A stretch of 64,000 bases of DNA from Candidatus Latescibacterota bacterium (GCA_965203355.1 OZ241889.1:896001-960000); one strand, 5' to 3'; positions 10,501-19,665 are shown, counted from the stretch's first letter. Made by a program: numbers and translations. The notes: generated from the letters alone by a model not told the origin.

Positions 10501-11840
10501 AGGTGTAGATCCGCGGCGAGCGGCCCGAACTCCTCGCCCATTGGACCGGGGAGATGGCGGGTCGTTAGCTGCAACGCCAGCGCATCGGGCTTGGCCTGCC
10601 CGGCGATAGCTATGGGCGCGGCACCGCGCAAAAAAGAGGCCGCCTGCAACGAGCCTTCTAGCGCGAGGTCGTACCTTCCCTCCAAGTCGGAAAAGCCGGT
10701 AGCTACCAACGCCAGCGGGGACGATTGCAGGTCGAGACGCGTCGCCCCATCGGGCCGGTGCCAAGCCGTTATCTCGGCGTCGAATCGCCGATCGGGAATT
10801 AGGTCTAAATCGCGCAGGCGGACGGCCAAGTCCGCCGCATAGTGCCGATGCTGCAAGTGCATTCCAGCCGCTAGATCGAACTCCGCCCGTCCCGCAAAAG
10901 GGGCCGCGTGTGCGAGGTTAAATCCCTCGCCCCGCAGTTGGGTTTGCAAACTGTCGCGGGCAAAGAAATAAGTCGCTTCGCCCGTCAGGGTGCCGTCGAA
11001 CAAAGAGACGAGCAGCGAATCCAGCACTAAGCGCGTGTCATTGACTCGCATGTTCCCGCGCAGATCCACAGCCGAGACCGCGGGCGCGTTCCCTTGGCCC
11101 CTGAGCGTCCCGCGCAGTTGCAGCGGCGTCAGTGCCCCGTCTATCTCCGCTGCTAAGGACCCCCGGGCGGAACTGGCCTCCACCGTTGCCGTGGCCTCCA
11201 CCTGCAAAGGCCGCGGCAATCTCAGCCCCAAGGAAAACGAGGCGTGCAGGTCGGTTTTTAGACTGTCGCCAGCACCCACAGCCCGGACCGCGCCGCGGTC
11301 AATGCGGTGCGGACTGAGCGCGAGATCCAGCGTTAGCGAGCGCAGCGGCACGCCCTGCAAGCCGGACAAGGCCAGTGCTAAGTGTCCCGAGGTATCGGCC
11401 AGTGCTCGATATGCACCGCGCCAGTCCTGTGCCACGATCCGCGTTTCGCCCAACTGCCAATCGAGGGCACCGGCTTTCGCGTTGAGGTTGGGGAGGAAGG
11501 CGAGGGGTAGTTCGATGTCTGCGGCTGCGGTAGTTGAATCGGCCTCGGTGCTTGGCTCGATCCGCACCTTGGGTGCCTGTATGTCGACTTCCCAAGACCA
11601 CGGCCACAAGGCGACGTGCTCGGCCTGGACGCTCACCCCGAGTGCGGGGTTTTTGCAGCGCACGTCGGAAAAGGAAAACGCGTAGAGCAAGCCGCCCCGG
11701 CGGCTGCCGATGGAAACCTGCCATCCCCCAACTCCGCGCTCCAACAGGTGCGCGAGGACGGCCGGCCCTATGGGCGTGACCGCGACGAGGACCAGGACGG
11801 CAACCAAAACGACCGCCGCCCCAAGCAGTTTCCTCTTCAT
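7566..11840 (-). CDS. tamB: TamB/AsmA-like translocation and assembly module protein
   Basis: 1424 aa with N-terminal anchor and beta-taco repeats, DUF490-like C-terminus, next to the Omp85 gene. Confidence 0.8.
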   Translation of the reverse strand: MKRKLLGAAVVLVAVLVLVAVTPIGPAVLAHLLERGVGGWQVSIGSRRGGLLYAFSFSDVRCKNPALGVSVQAEHVALWPWSWEVDIQAPKVRIEPSTEADSTTAAADIELPLAFLPNLNAKAGALDWQLGETRIVAQDWRGAYRALADTSGHLALALSGLQGVPLRSLTLDLALSPHRIDRGAVRAVGAGDSLKTDLHASFSLGLRLPRPLQVEATATVEASSARGSLAAEIDGALTPLQLRGTLRGQGNAPAVSAVDLRGNMRVNDTRLVLDSLLVSLFDGTLTGEATYFFARDSLQTQLRGEGFNLAHAAPFAGRAEFDLAAGMHLQHRHYAADLAVRLRDLDLIPDRRFDAEITAWHRPDGATRLDLQSSPLALVATGFSDLEGRYDLALEGSLQAASFLRGAAPIAIAGQAKPDALALQLTTRHLPGPMGEEFGPLAADLHLAANRYLAADLRLERDLLIARADIDLEHSEVDTLVANVDGLAVGRLAPGLSGRLNASLRGGGGLALDALRLDGSVATTPLAYAGWQTGELALNANWDQGAARVSGGGTGVSVLAKLDADRHLTAQADFADTLLRGVDGAVAALGGALRWDGPLADLDAVQASLSLDSLLLRQGKWTLQNQGSLQADYGDGRIVLTALHLQTPVGRVGLAGWVERDSLSVAADLSALELSNLASDLSATGGGHLRIGGTLARPEAQGAITLTEMRLDTLALGHARLHLALADSLVAEFTADAGMSLALTCPAAPLFGPGAAPAQLAIKAKAANLGPLLSHALGRPLHGWLDLDGHLAAALGDSMPSWRDLSGHIDVHGLAIESQASADSLRLDLLSGGRFALGEGRVVLDSVAIGLRRYDRDHLAYQPAGSLRLAGQLAGAKPSKMELAFKDVDLVFLGGPEGLVQLDAAVSGTAADPRVATDLAVQTTDLGALRGRLVGDRDGGDWHLNWTTSPDDSLTATGRVPWDLQAGELSLDEGWLKVHSNGIGLLFLGDLIAELDHLDGRISADLRVAGLDSTLSLQGQIGVAGLEFALLGLEPIYALPDGQLQFKDRQVELVGFSVEKEPKRGFRSASLAGQIDLSRLDDPSFDLRLQAERLTSYYEDVGQSFKADDIDMDLSFAGSLSASKLAGRVRLDRPTTETSLVVLALPVPPPPPALRDEFLENMALAVEVELRGLALDSELAEVEASGAVEIDGTFYKPLFQGDITLDQGQVFVLNQEFNITQGRVVLNRLAPTGSILDVMYDPFELNPTLDLQAKVAEITDIKSGYKYDVTLTLKGSAQKIAPDFKAEAEDPDAPQLLEDLSIINLLVFNMANPDVADLDYAAAFTAAGQLLSKQVEKVGLNEFMVLPSSAIAGADPGDPALRAGKYLGGLPLPLWVRYEALLKEMAAGEVRIEHKIKSFLTIVGSAQSKYDSYGLGIGLKREFR

Positions 11841-12658
11841 TCGGACTTAAGGCGGGTCAGGGCCTTGGACACGTGGAAGAGCGAGTCGGGCAGCGGCGCG
11901 TACGTCATGGTCTTGATCTCGCGGTCTAAGCGGAACACTTGGCTTGGCTTCTCTTTTTGGGGCAGTTTGACTGAAGCCGTCAAGGTCGAGCGCAGCGCAA
12001 AGCCCTTGAGTTCCTCGGTGCTTTCTAACTCGTCGCGCAGGGCTTCGTGGTCTTCTAGCGCTTCTAGCCCACCGCCGATTACCGATGGATAGGACGTGCT
12101 GGCCTTCTGCAAGCTCACAAACGCTGCGATCTCCTGAAAGCCGGGGAAATCCTTGGCAATGCAGGCATCGTACGTGTAGCGGTTTTCGCGGCGGAGCTTT
12201 TGGGTTTTGGGGTCGAGGTAGCGGGCACGCATTTGCGCGATGACCCGCTGGCAGGGGATGCCAGCGATACGCGCCGTGTCTCCTGGCACCTTGACCCTAA
12301 GGGCCATCTGCGCCCCCGCTGGCGGCTTGGCCACGGCCTTGCGCGCCGGAGGAGCCTTCTGCGCGACGAAGGTCTGGGCCGTCAGGTCGATTTCGTACAC
12401 CTGCGCTTGGTCTAGTCGCAAGATGGTGCTGGTATTGAGCGACTGGCCCTGTTGCCGGAGGGCCTTGGCCATTTTCGCGTCGGTCTCAATCTGCTGTTCG
12501 ACCCGCTGGCTTTTGCCCTTGATGTAAATCTTGTGGGTCGTTTTGCGCGCTCCGGTTTTGTCTTTGCCAAAGCCCCGATTGACGACCTCTTCCTCGAAGT
12601 ACACATCGGCACCAGTGCCCGCGGCACTGACGAGCAATGTACACAAGAGTAAGATCAT
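11837..12658 (-). CDS. Exported hypothetical protein (DUF4412-like)
   Basis: ATG at 12658 after AGGAGG; signal peptide; G.T..IAGIPC motif; 4-bp overlap with tamB. Confidence 0.6.
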   Translation of the reverse strand: MILLLCTLLVSAAGTGADVYFEEEVVNRGFGKDKTGARKTTHKIYIKGKSQRVEQQIETDAKMAKALRQQGQSLNTSTILRLDQAQVYEIDLTAQTFVAQKAPPARKAVAKPPAGAQMALRVKVPGDTARIAGIPCQRVIAQMRARYLDPKTQKLRRENRYTYDACIAKDFPGFQEIAAFVSLQKASTSYPSVIGGGLEALEDHEALRDELESTEELKGFALRSTLTASVKLPQKEKPSQVFRLDREIKTMTYAPLPDSLFHVSKALTRLKSE

Positions 12659-12721
12659 GCTCGCACCCTCCTGTATTTTGAAATGATAATATAGCGAAAC
12701 GCAGGAATTCGCCCACAAAAC

Positions 12722-12812
12722 AAAAGACTCCTGCCCGCAAGGGCGAGGGGCAGAAGCTTGATGGCATCGAGGGGATTCAATAAAAAGACCCCTGCCCGCA
12801 AGGGCGAGGGGC
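12722..12812 (-). terminator. Two near-identical tandem intrinsic terminators (30-bp direct repeat)
   Basis: AAAAGAC(T/C)CCTGCCCGCAAGGGCGAGGGGC at 12722-12751 and 12783-12812 (29/30). On the minus strand each is a GC hairpin followed by a T run, downstream of the peptidase gene. Confidence 0.75.
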
Positions 12813-12838
12813 CTTGGAACGGCTTGCTGAGCCTGCTG

Positions 12839-13513
12839 TTATTCGTCTGAGCCGCGCATGAGCAATAGGCCGACTAAATTTAGCACGGCGGTCGCGGCGG
12901 CGGCTACGTAGGTCATGGCGGCCGCGTTGAGCACCCGCCGCGCCGAGCGCACCTCGTCGTTGGCTAGGTAGCCTTGCGAGAGGATGGCCATGGCACGCGA
13001 ACTGGCGTTGAACTCCACCGGCAGGGTGACGATTTGGAACAGGACCGCGCCGGCGAAGAACATGATGCCGATATTCATCAGGCCAGTGGCCCCGAAGAAC
13101 ATCCCCGCTAGAATCAGGGGAAAGCCCAGCGACGAGCCCAAGTTGGCGATGGGCAGGATCGCGTGCCGCAAGTTGAGCGGCGCGTAGCCGTGGGCGTGTT
13201 GGATTGCGTGGCCGACCTCGTGCGCCGCCACGGCCAAGCCGGCTAGATGGTGCCCATGGAAGTTATCCGAAGAGAGGCGCACGACTTTGGCGCGGGGATC
13301 GTAGTGATCGGAAAGCATCCCGCGCGTCTCCTCGACCGACACGTCGTAAATGCGTTGCTGTTGCAGGATGCGCCGTGCGGTCTCAGCCCCCGAAAGCTGC
13401 GCGGCCGAAGCCACTTGGCTGTACTTGCTAAAGGCACTGCGGACCCGCATTTGGGCCCAAGCGACCAAAATCATCGGCAGAATGAAAAACGGGTTGAAAA
13501 GAAACGAAAACAT
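12839..13513 (-). CDS. Membrane neutral zinc metallopeptidase (YugP-like)
   Basis: LSDHYDP, AAHEVGHA (HExxH), TLPVEFNAS.RA, AAAMTYVAA. Confidence 0.92.
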   Translation of the reverse strand: MFSFLFNPFFILPMILVAWAQMRVRSAFSKYSQVASAAQLSGAETARRILQQQRIYDVSVEETRGMLSDHYDPRAKVVRLSSDNFHGHHLAGLAVAAHEVGHAIQHAHGYAPLNLRHAILPIANLGSSLGFPLILAGMFFGATGLMNIGIMFFAGAVLFQIVTLPVEFNASSRAMAILSQGYLANDEVRSARRVLNAAAMTYVAAAATAVLNLVGLLLMRGSDE

Positions 13514-13620
13514 CTCCTCATCTCCTCAAATATGCGAAGGACTTCTATTGGGACGCTAAAGGAACGCGCAAGGTTTCTAGCAGGATAACGAAAGCACCTG
13601 AAAATTGCAAGATCGGGGAA

Positions 13621-14286
13621 TTAGACCTTCTCTTCATCTTCAACCGGAAAGGAAAGAGCCGGGGGTACAAAGACGCCGGCCGAGACGATCATCTTTAGGG
13701 CCTCTTCGACGCCGAGGTCGGTGGGACGCAACTGTTCGGGCGGCACGATGAGCATAAAGCCGGTGGTGGGATTCGGGGCCGTGGGCACGAAGATGCTGTG
13801 TGCTGGTGCTACTTCGTCCTCGCGGGGTACGTTGCCGGCCAAAAAGCCCAAAGTCCACAGCCCGGTGCGCGGATATTCGACGAGCACGACTTTCTCGAAG
13901 CCGGCCTTGCCCGGAGAGGTCAGCGACTCCACGAGCTGCTGTATGGGTGCGTAAATCGTGCGCACCAACGGCAGGCCCTCCAGCGTTTCGCGGGCGAATT
14001 GCCACAGGCTGCGGCCAACCACGTTGGTGGCGAGTGCGCCGACGATCCACAGAATGACAAAGGTCAGCACAAAGCCCAAGCCGGGGATGTGGAAGGCGGG
14101 ATCGTCGACGAACGGCTTGGCCATTTGGCGAATCAATGGCGCGGAGAAGGCATCGGCCCAGTTGAACAGCGTCTTGAGCACCCAGCCAGTAACCCACAAG
14201 GGTGCGATAATGGTCAGGCCAGCCATTATCGTGCGCCGCAACCGCTGTAGCCAAGTCGGGCTTTTGCGGGGGGGCGTATCACTCAT
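13621..14286 (-). CDS. DUF502 membrane protein
   Basis: Two N-terminal TM helices, LVEYPR.G, FVPTAPNPTTGF; start placed at MSDTPP (uncertain). Confidence 0.85.
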   Translation of the reverse strand: MSDTPPRKSPTWLQRLRRTIMAGLTIIAPLWVTGWVLKTLFNWADAFSAPLIRQMAKPFVDDPAFHIPGLGFVLTFVILWIVGALATNVVGRSLWQFARETLEGLPLVRTIYAPIQQLVESLTSPGKAGFEKVVLVEYPRTGLWTLGFLAGNVPREDEVAPAHSIFVPTAPNPTTGFMLIVPPEQLRPTDLGVEEALKMIVSAGVFVPPALSFPVEDEEKV

Positions 14287-14397
14287 GGCGTACATTGTAT
14301 TTATATATACACATTGGCGTTTTTTGAATATCCAATCGGCTAAAAATACTGTCAATACAGAGCACAGGCTTACGCTTTTTGCACGGGTGCCTATTTT

Positions 14398-15072
14398 ATG
14401 TTTATGACGGCCATTTTACTCAGCGGCGGCATGGACTCGACCACCTTGCTCTGGTGGCTAAAAGCGCGGCAACAAGGCCCCATCCACGCCATTAGCATTG
14501 ACTACGGCCAGCGTCATCGCGTCGAACTGGAATGCGCCGCCCGCCTCGCTTGCCGCGCTGAAGTCGCCGCCCACGAGACGCTGGCCTTGGATTTGGTGGC
14601 CCTAGCGGGCAATCCCCTGACCGACCCCACGCTGGCCGTGCCCGCGGCTGAGTCCAAACGCCAACGCGACACCGTCGTTCCCTTCCGCAACATGCTCTTT
14701 GCGACGCTAGCAGCGGCGTATTGCACGACAAAGGGCCTTGTCGATCTGTATATGGCTCCGGTCAAAGACGACTACGCAGCCTACCGCGATTGCCGTCGTC
14801 CCTTTTACGACAGCCTCGCACAAAGTCTGCGCTTGGGGGCTGCTCACGACGCGCCGTGGGCGATTCACACGCCCTTTGTCAAGCTGTGGAAGCGGGATGT
14901 TGTGGCTCTTGGGCTCAAGCTCGGCGTTCCTTACGCAGAGACCCATACCTGCTATGAGGGCTGGCGGCCGGCCTGCGGCTTGTGCGACGCTTGTTGCGAG
15001 CGGTTGGCGGCCTTTGCGGCGAATCGGGCTGGCGATCCGCTGGCGTATGTCGCTGGTGAGCAGACGCTGTGA
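14398..15072 (+). CDS. queC: 7-cyano-7-deazaguanine synthase
   Basis: LSGGMDS PP-loop, DYGQRH, VPFRN, Y.DCR, C-terminal CY...CGLCDAC zinc site. Confidence 0.95.
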   Translation: MFMTAILLSGGMDSTTLLWWLKARQQGPIHAISIDYGQRHRVELECAARLACRAEVAAHETLALDLVALAGNPLTDPTLAVPAAESKRQRDTVVPFRNMLFATLAAAYCTTKGLVDLYMAPVKDDYAAYRDCRRPFYDSLAQSLRLGAAHDAPWAIHTPFVKLWKRDVVALGLKLGVPYAETHTCYEGWRPACGLCDACCERLAAFAANRAGDPLAYVAGEQTL

Positions 15073-15719
15073 CCGCCCGCGCGACAACGCTGCAAATGCC
15101 AGCCGAAGCGCGCGCCGGTCGCCTACCGGTGTGGAGCGACTCGGGGCGCGTCCTGCAGATCAACGAGATATTCTACTCGATTGAGGGCGAGGGCCTGCGC
15201 GTCGGCGAGCCTACCACTTTTGTGCGTTTGGCGCGTTGCAATTTGCGCTGCCCGTTTTGCGACACCGAGTTCGACCGCTTCACGCCCATGGATGTCGAAG
15301 ACATTGCCGCCGAGGTGGCGCGTCACCCAGCCGAATGGGTGTGCTTGACCGGCGGCGAGCCGTTGGGACAAAATCTCGCGGCGCTGGCTGGCCGGCTCAA
15401 GGAAGCGGGCTACAAGCTCCACATCGAGACCAACGGCACGATCGCGCCCGATGCGGTGCTATTCGATTTGATCGACCATTGGACCGTGTCGCCGAAGTGC
15501 TACCCGGTCGTCGCCGGTTTTGCGCGCATTACCGAGCTCAAATACGTCGTCGGCAGGGCGTTTCGCGAGGAGCGCGTTGAGGAGCATCGCGCCGACTTCG
15601 TCTATTTGCAGCCGGAATCCTCCGAGCCGCGCTACATACAGAAGGCCCTTGAGATCCTCAAGCGCCATCCGCGTTGGCGCCTTTCCACCCGCATCCACAA
15701 GACGCTCGACCTGCCTTGA
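15069..15719 (+). CDS. queE: 7-carboxy-7-deazaguanine synthase (radical SAM)
   Basis: EIFYSIEGEG, CNLRCPFCDT, TGGEP, IETNG, TVSPK, YLQP; overlaps the queC stop. Confidence 0.93.
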   Translation: MTARATTLQMPAEARAGRLPVWSDSGRVLQINEIFYSIEGEGLRVGEPTTFVRLARCNLRCPFCDTEFDRFTPMDVEDIAAEVARHPAEWVCLTGGEPLGQNLAALAGRLKEAGYKLHIETNGTIAPDAVLFDLIDHWTVSPKCYPVVAGFARITELKYVVGRAFREERVEEHRADFVYLQPESSEPRYIQKALEILKRHPRWRLSTRIHKTLDLP

Positions 15720-15742
15720 GCAAACATATCAAAGGATATCCC

Positions 15743-16606
15743 ATGCCTGACGTAGCTGAAATTTACAAGTTCGACGAGCTTACTTGGCCCGAAGTCAACC
15801 AAGCTGTAGCCATGGGCAAAATTCCCATCATACCCACTGGCTCGGTTGAACAACACGGCCATCACCTCCCGCTCAAGGTGGATCACCTGTGCGCCAACGC
15901 AGTGGCGACCGAAGCTGCGCGCCTAAAGCCCGAGCTCGCGCTCGTCCTGCCGCCTGTGAGCTACGGCTATGTTCATCACGTGATGGACTTCCCGGGTTCG
16001 CTCAACATTCACTACGAGCACTTCATACAATACGTCCTCGACATCACTAAGAGCTTGGCCTACCACGGCTTTAAGAAGATGATCCTCGTCAATGGCCATG
16101 GCTCCAACCACAACCTCGTGGACATGGTTGCGCGGCGCACCATAGTCGAGACGGATGCGAGTTGCACGTTTTGCTCGTGGTGGCACTTGCTCCGAGTCCG
16201 TCCCGACTTTGACAAAAAGTGGCGCGAGAGTGCGTTCCCGGGCGGCTGCTCGCACGCGTGCGAGTTGGAAACTTCGATGTTGCTGTATCTCGCGCCGGAG
16301 AGCGTGCGCAAGGACAAGATCAAGAGCGAGATCGCCAAGACGAACAAGCGCGGCTCAAAGTTCGTGTACACGGATCTATTTTCACACGGGCCGATGGGCT
16401 TGATCGAGTGGACGAGTCAGTATTCGGACAGCGGGGTGATGGGCGAGGCGGAGAAGGCCACGGCCGAGAAGGGCAAGATCGTCTTTGAGGAAGCGAGCCG
16501 AAACTTAGCTGAATTTGTCGAGGAATACCACGCGATGAAAATTGAATCGCGCACCCGGCGACAGGAACAGGAGCCGACGTTTCCGCTGTCTTTTCCGACG
16601 GATTAG
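15743..16606 (+). CDS. Creatininase/creatinine amidohydrolase family protein
   Basis: GSVEQHGHHLP..VD, FPGS, NGHGSN, HACELETS; ATG at 15743 after AAGGA. Confidence 0.9.
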   Translation: MPDVAEIYKFDELTWPEVNQAVAMGKIPIIPTGSVEQHGHHLPLKVDHLCANAVATEAARLKPELALVLPPVSYGYVHHVMDFPGSLNIHYEHFIQYVLDITKSLAYHGFKKMILVNGHGSNHNLVDMVARRTIVETDASCTFCSWWHLLRVRPDFDKKWRESAFPGGCSHACELETSMLLYLAPESVRKDKIKSEIAKTNKRGSKFVYTDLFSHGPMGLIEWTSQYSDSGVMGEAEKATAEKGKIVFEEASRNLAEFVEEYHAMKIESRTRRQEQEPTFPLSFPTD

Positions 16607-16624
16607 GCATGGAGGTACCACGCG

Positions 16625-16783
16625 ATGAAGAGAACATTGACCATTGACTACGGAGATGAGGTCCTACTGGCCTTGGGATATTCACCCAAGCAATTCAGCG
16701 AAGAGGCCAAGTTCCTCGTCGCCGTCAAGCTCTACGAGTTGGGGCGGTTGTCCTCGGGGGCGGCAGCTAAGTTAGCTGATTAA
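16625..16783 (+). pseudogene. Truncated UPF0175-family (antitoxin-like) gene, 52 aa
   Basis: MKRTLTIDYGDEVLLALGYSPKQFSEEAKFLVAVKLYELGRLSSGAAAKLAD*. It stops in the middle of the family's HTH-like region; GGAGG RBS; absent from the ORF track. Confidence 0.7.
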
Positions 16784-18003
16784 TGAAACAGGAATATGAT
16801 TTTTCTCAGGCTGTGAGAGGGAAGTTCTTCCGCGAGGGGGCCGAGCTGCAGCTACCAATTTGCTCTGATAGGGGGCCTAATGCTCATCAACGACCTAACC
16901 TCTTCGATTATGCGACCTCCGAACTCTCGCAGGACGCCGTCATCTGCTGGCTCGTCGCCTGTGCTGCCGAAGCCACGGGAGACCTCCAAAAGTGCGGATT
17001 AGAGTTCGTGCGTACCCTATTTCGAGCGGGCAAGTCGGATGGAATTGAGGGTGTTCCGGTGCTAGAAGCTAATGGCGAATCGACGCCTCCCTACGATGGG
17101 CCGTGCGACGTGAGCCGCGTAAACAAACCTACCCGTCAGTATTGCCGGATCGATGTATATTTCCAAGCCGAAGTGGACGGGAAGACGGTCTCTTTTGTCA
17201 TTGAAGACAAGAAAGACTCACGGGATCACAGTAATCAATTGGCTCGGCATCTGAAGGAAGTCATTAATGATAAAAACAATGAAGATCTAATCAAACCCAT
17301 TTATTTCAAAACTGGGTACATGTTCAGTGATGAGAAAGAGAGTGTCAAAAAGAACAACTACTCCTTGTTTAAGGCGGAAGACATGGCGAGTTTCCTCAGA
17401 AGTCAGGACGTAACTCAGGAAAACGAAATTCTGCACCAGTACGCGGAGTACCTGGCCTGTCAGATGAAAATGCGAGCCGATGCCCAAGCGAATTGGGACC
17501 TCAACCAGGACCATGTGCAGTGGGAATTCATGTGGAAGCTCCGTGATGTAATGGAAGATGCGGCTAGCGAATGGCAGCCCTTTGTCCCCAACGAATTGTC
17601 CGGTTTCCCGGACTGGACTTGGGGCGGCTTGGGCAGGGGCACAAGTAAAGGCACGCCGTGGACGCAGTACTGGTTCGCAAAGCATCTATTTTGGCGGCTT
17701 GATTCGGGGAGGAAGTTTTGTGTGGAGAATCCGCTGCGACTGATGATTGACCGCGGAAACGCTGGGAAGAGCGTGAAGGAGAGTGCTGGCATGATACTTG
17801 AATACCGAAATTGTTTCGACAGTGCTCTCCGAAAAGAGCAACTATGTGCCGGGGGCAATCGCAGGAGAGCAGGCAATCAGTGTACTATCGGCTCCATTAA
17901 AACTGCCAATTTTCAGGGAATGACGCTGAGTGAATTTCTGGATCGGGTGAAGCGGGTGCATATCAAATTCCTTGAGTCAGTCTCGGCAAGCATATACTCA
18001 TAG
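16783..18003 (+). CDS. PD-(D/E)xK nuclease-family protein with an N-terminal antitoxin-like fragment
   Basis: RPNLFDYATSELSQDAVICWL, RQY..ID.....VIEDK.....HSNQL..H, IYFKTG. The first ~26 aa (MKQEYDFSQAVRGKFF) resemble the start of CopG/BrnA-type antitoxins. AT-richer than the flanks. Confidence 0.7.
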   Translation: MKQEYDFSQAVRGKFFREGAELQLPICSDRGPNAHQRPNLFDYATSELSQDAVICWLVACAAEATGDLQKCGLEFVRTLFRAGKSDGIEGVPVLEANGESTPPYDGPCDVSRVNKPTRQYCRIDVYFQAEVDGKTVSFVIEDKKDSRDHSNQLARHLKEVINDKNNEDLIKPIYFKTGYMFSDEKESVKKNNYSLFKAEDMASFLRSQDVTQENEILHQYAEYLACQMKMRADAQANWDLNQDHVQWEFMWKLRDVMEDAASEWQPFVPNELSGFPDWTWGGLGRGTSKGTPWTQYWFAKHLFWRLDSGRKFCVENPLRLMIDRGNAGKSVKESAGMILEYRNCFDSALRKEQLCAGGNRRRAGNQCTIGSIKTANFQGMTLSEFLDRVKRVHIKFLESVSASIYS

Positions 18004-18048
18004 GCGACACTCGGAAATCGTTTTGTCGTTTCCGGCGGACTGAACACC

Positions 18049-18615
18049 TCATTCCACTGGTCGCAGCCGCCCCGCTTCCTCCTCGTAATCCGCGCCGCAC
18101 TCCGCACAGACTAGATCCTCGACCAGTGTGACGCCGCAGCGGCAGGCCCAGCCTGTCTGCCGCCCCGGTACGCCGGTTATCAGCGCGTAGGCTGGCACGT
18201 CTCGGGTTACGACGGCCCCAGCACCAACGAGAGCGTACGCACCGATTTCGACGCCGCAGACGATGGTCGAGTTGGCCCCCAGCGAAGCTCCCTTGCGCAC
18301 CCGCGTCTCTTGGAACTGGCGGCGGCGGTCGACAAAAGCGCGGGGATTGACGACGTTGGTGAATACCATTGACGGGCCGCAGAAGACCTCGGCTTCGAGC
18401 GTGACTCCCTTGTAGATCGAGACGTTGTTCTGTATTTTGCAGCCGTCGCCGATCACCACGCCGCGATCGACATAGACGTTCTGGCCGAGATTGCAGTGTT
18501 GGCCGATTTGTGCGTGGGGCATCAGGTGGCAGAAATGCCAGATGTGAGTTCCCGCGCCAATGGAGACCGGCTCATCGACGCAAGTGCTGGGATGGATGAA
18601 GTAGTCTTTTGCCAT
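18049..18615 (-). CDS. Hexapeptide-repeat N-acetyltransferase (WbpD/WlbB-like)
   Basis: IWHFCH, LGQNV, KIQNNVSIY.GV, FCGPSMVFTNV.NPR, C-terminal CxC...CxxC. Confidence 0.9.
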   Translation of the reverse strand: MAKDYFIHPSTCVDEPVSIGAGTHIWHFCHLMPHAQIGQHCNLGQNVYVDRGVVIGDGCKIQNNVSIYKGVTLEAEVFCGPSMVFTNVVNPRAFVDRRRQFQETRVRKGASLGANSTIVCGVEIGAYALVGAGAVVTRDVPAYALITGVPGRQTGWACRCGVTLVEDLVCAECGADYEEEAGRLRPVE

Positions 18616-18702
18616 GCCGACCGAATATAAATTGTCCCTATCTATTTACCAATGCACCGACCATTCGGTCGGCGCAGACACCCTTTGCATACGGAGGAAA
18701 TC

Positions 18703-19662
18703 GTGAAACTAGCCACGTACTCTGCGGCTGGCGAACAGCGCGTGGGCGCCGTCGTTGGCGACGACAATATCGTCGTGGAGCTCGCTGCGGCCGACCGCGC
18801 ACTGGCCCGCAAGGAAAAGCGCAAAGCGCATCCCTTTTTCACCGACATGCTGACCCTGCTCTCGGCCGGTGCCAAGGGCCTGAGCGCCGCCAAAAAAGCC
18901 GCCGCGAGCGCCGCAGATAAAGAACCCAACGGCAAAACGATCCACGCCCTCAGCAAGGTCCGCCTCCGCGCCCCCATGCCCAACCCGCGCAAGGTCTTCT
19001 GCCTGGCCGGCAACTACCAAGACCACATCGAAGAGGGCGGCGGCAAAATGGATGCCCAAGACAAGGAAACCCCGCGCGTCTTTATGAAGCCGCCGACGAC
19101 CACCGTCATTGGCCCCGGCGACCGCATCCTCATTCCCCCGATCGCCAATAGCATCGACTGGGAAGGGGAGTTGGCCGTAGTCATCGGCCGCAAGACCAAG
19201 GGCGTCAAAGCCAAGGACGCGCTCCGATACGTGGCTGGGTACACCGTTATGAACGACGTCTCCGAGCGCGAGTTGCTCATCAAGAAGCGCACCGATAGCC
19301 GACCGCGCGACGAGTGGTTCGACTGGCTCAACGGCAAATGGCTCGACACCTTTGCCCCGCAGGGGCCGTGGATTGTCACGGCGGACGAGATCAAGGACCC
19401 CCAAGCCCTCGACATCAGCACGTACATCAACGGGAAGCGCAAACAACACAACAACACCGGCCAGATGCTCTACCCGGTCGACAAGATCATCGAGTACATC
19501 TCGGCGATTATCACCCTAGAACCGGGCGACCTGATTAGCACCGGTACCATCTCTGGCGTCGGCGCGACCACCGGTACTTTTATGAAAAAGGGCGACAAGG
19601 TCGAAATCGAAATCTCTGGGATCGGCGTACTCAAAAACTCGGTTGCTGCCAGCAAGAAATAA
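18703..19662 (+). CDS. Fumarylacetoacetate hydrolase family protein
   Basis: KVFCLAGNY.DH, DWEGELAVVIG, NDVSER, GKW.DTF.P.GP, PGDLISTGT; GTG start after GGAGG. Confidence 0.92.
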   Translation: MKLATYSAAGEQRVGAVVGDDNIVVELAAADRALARKEKRKAHPFFTDMLTLLSAGAKGLSAAKKAAASAADKEPNGKTIHALSKVRLRAPMPNPRKVFCLAGNYQDHIEEGGGKMDAQDKETPRVFMKPPTTTVIGPGDRILIPPIANSIDWEGELAVVIGRKTKGVKAKDALRYVAGYTVMNDVSERELLIKKRTDSRPRDEWFDWLNGKWLDTFAPQGPWIVTADEIKDPQALDISTYINGKRKQHNNTGQMLYPVDKIIEYISAIITLEPGDLISTGTISGVGATTGTFMKKGDKVEIEISGIGVLKNSVAASKK

Positions 19663-19665
19663 CCC

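Noticed and set aside
14398-15719. Dpd/Qat-type DNA-modification defence island based on queC/queE
   Set aside because: No dpdA/TGT-like or qat partners are adjacent, and the genes look like host-type queuosine pathway genes.
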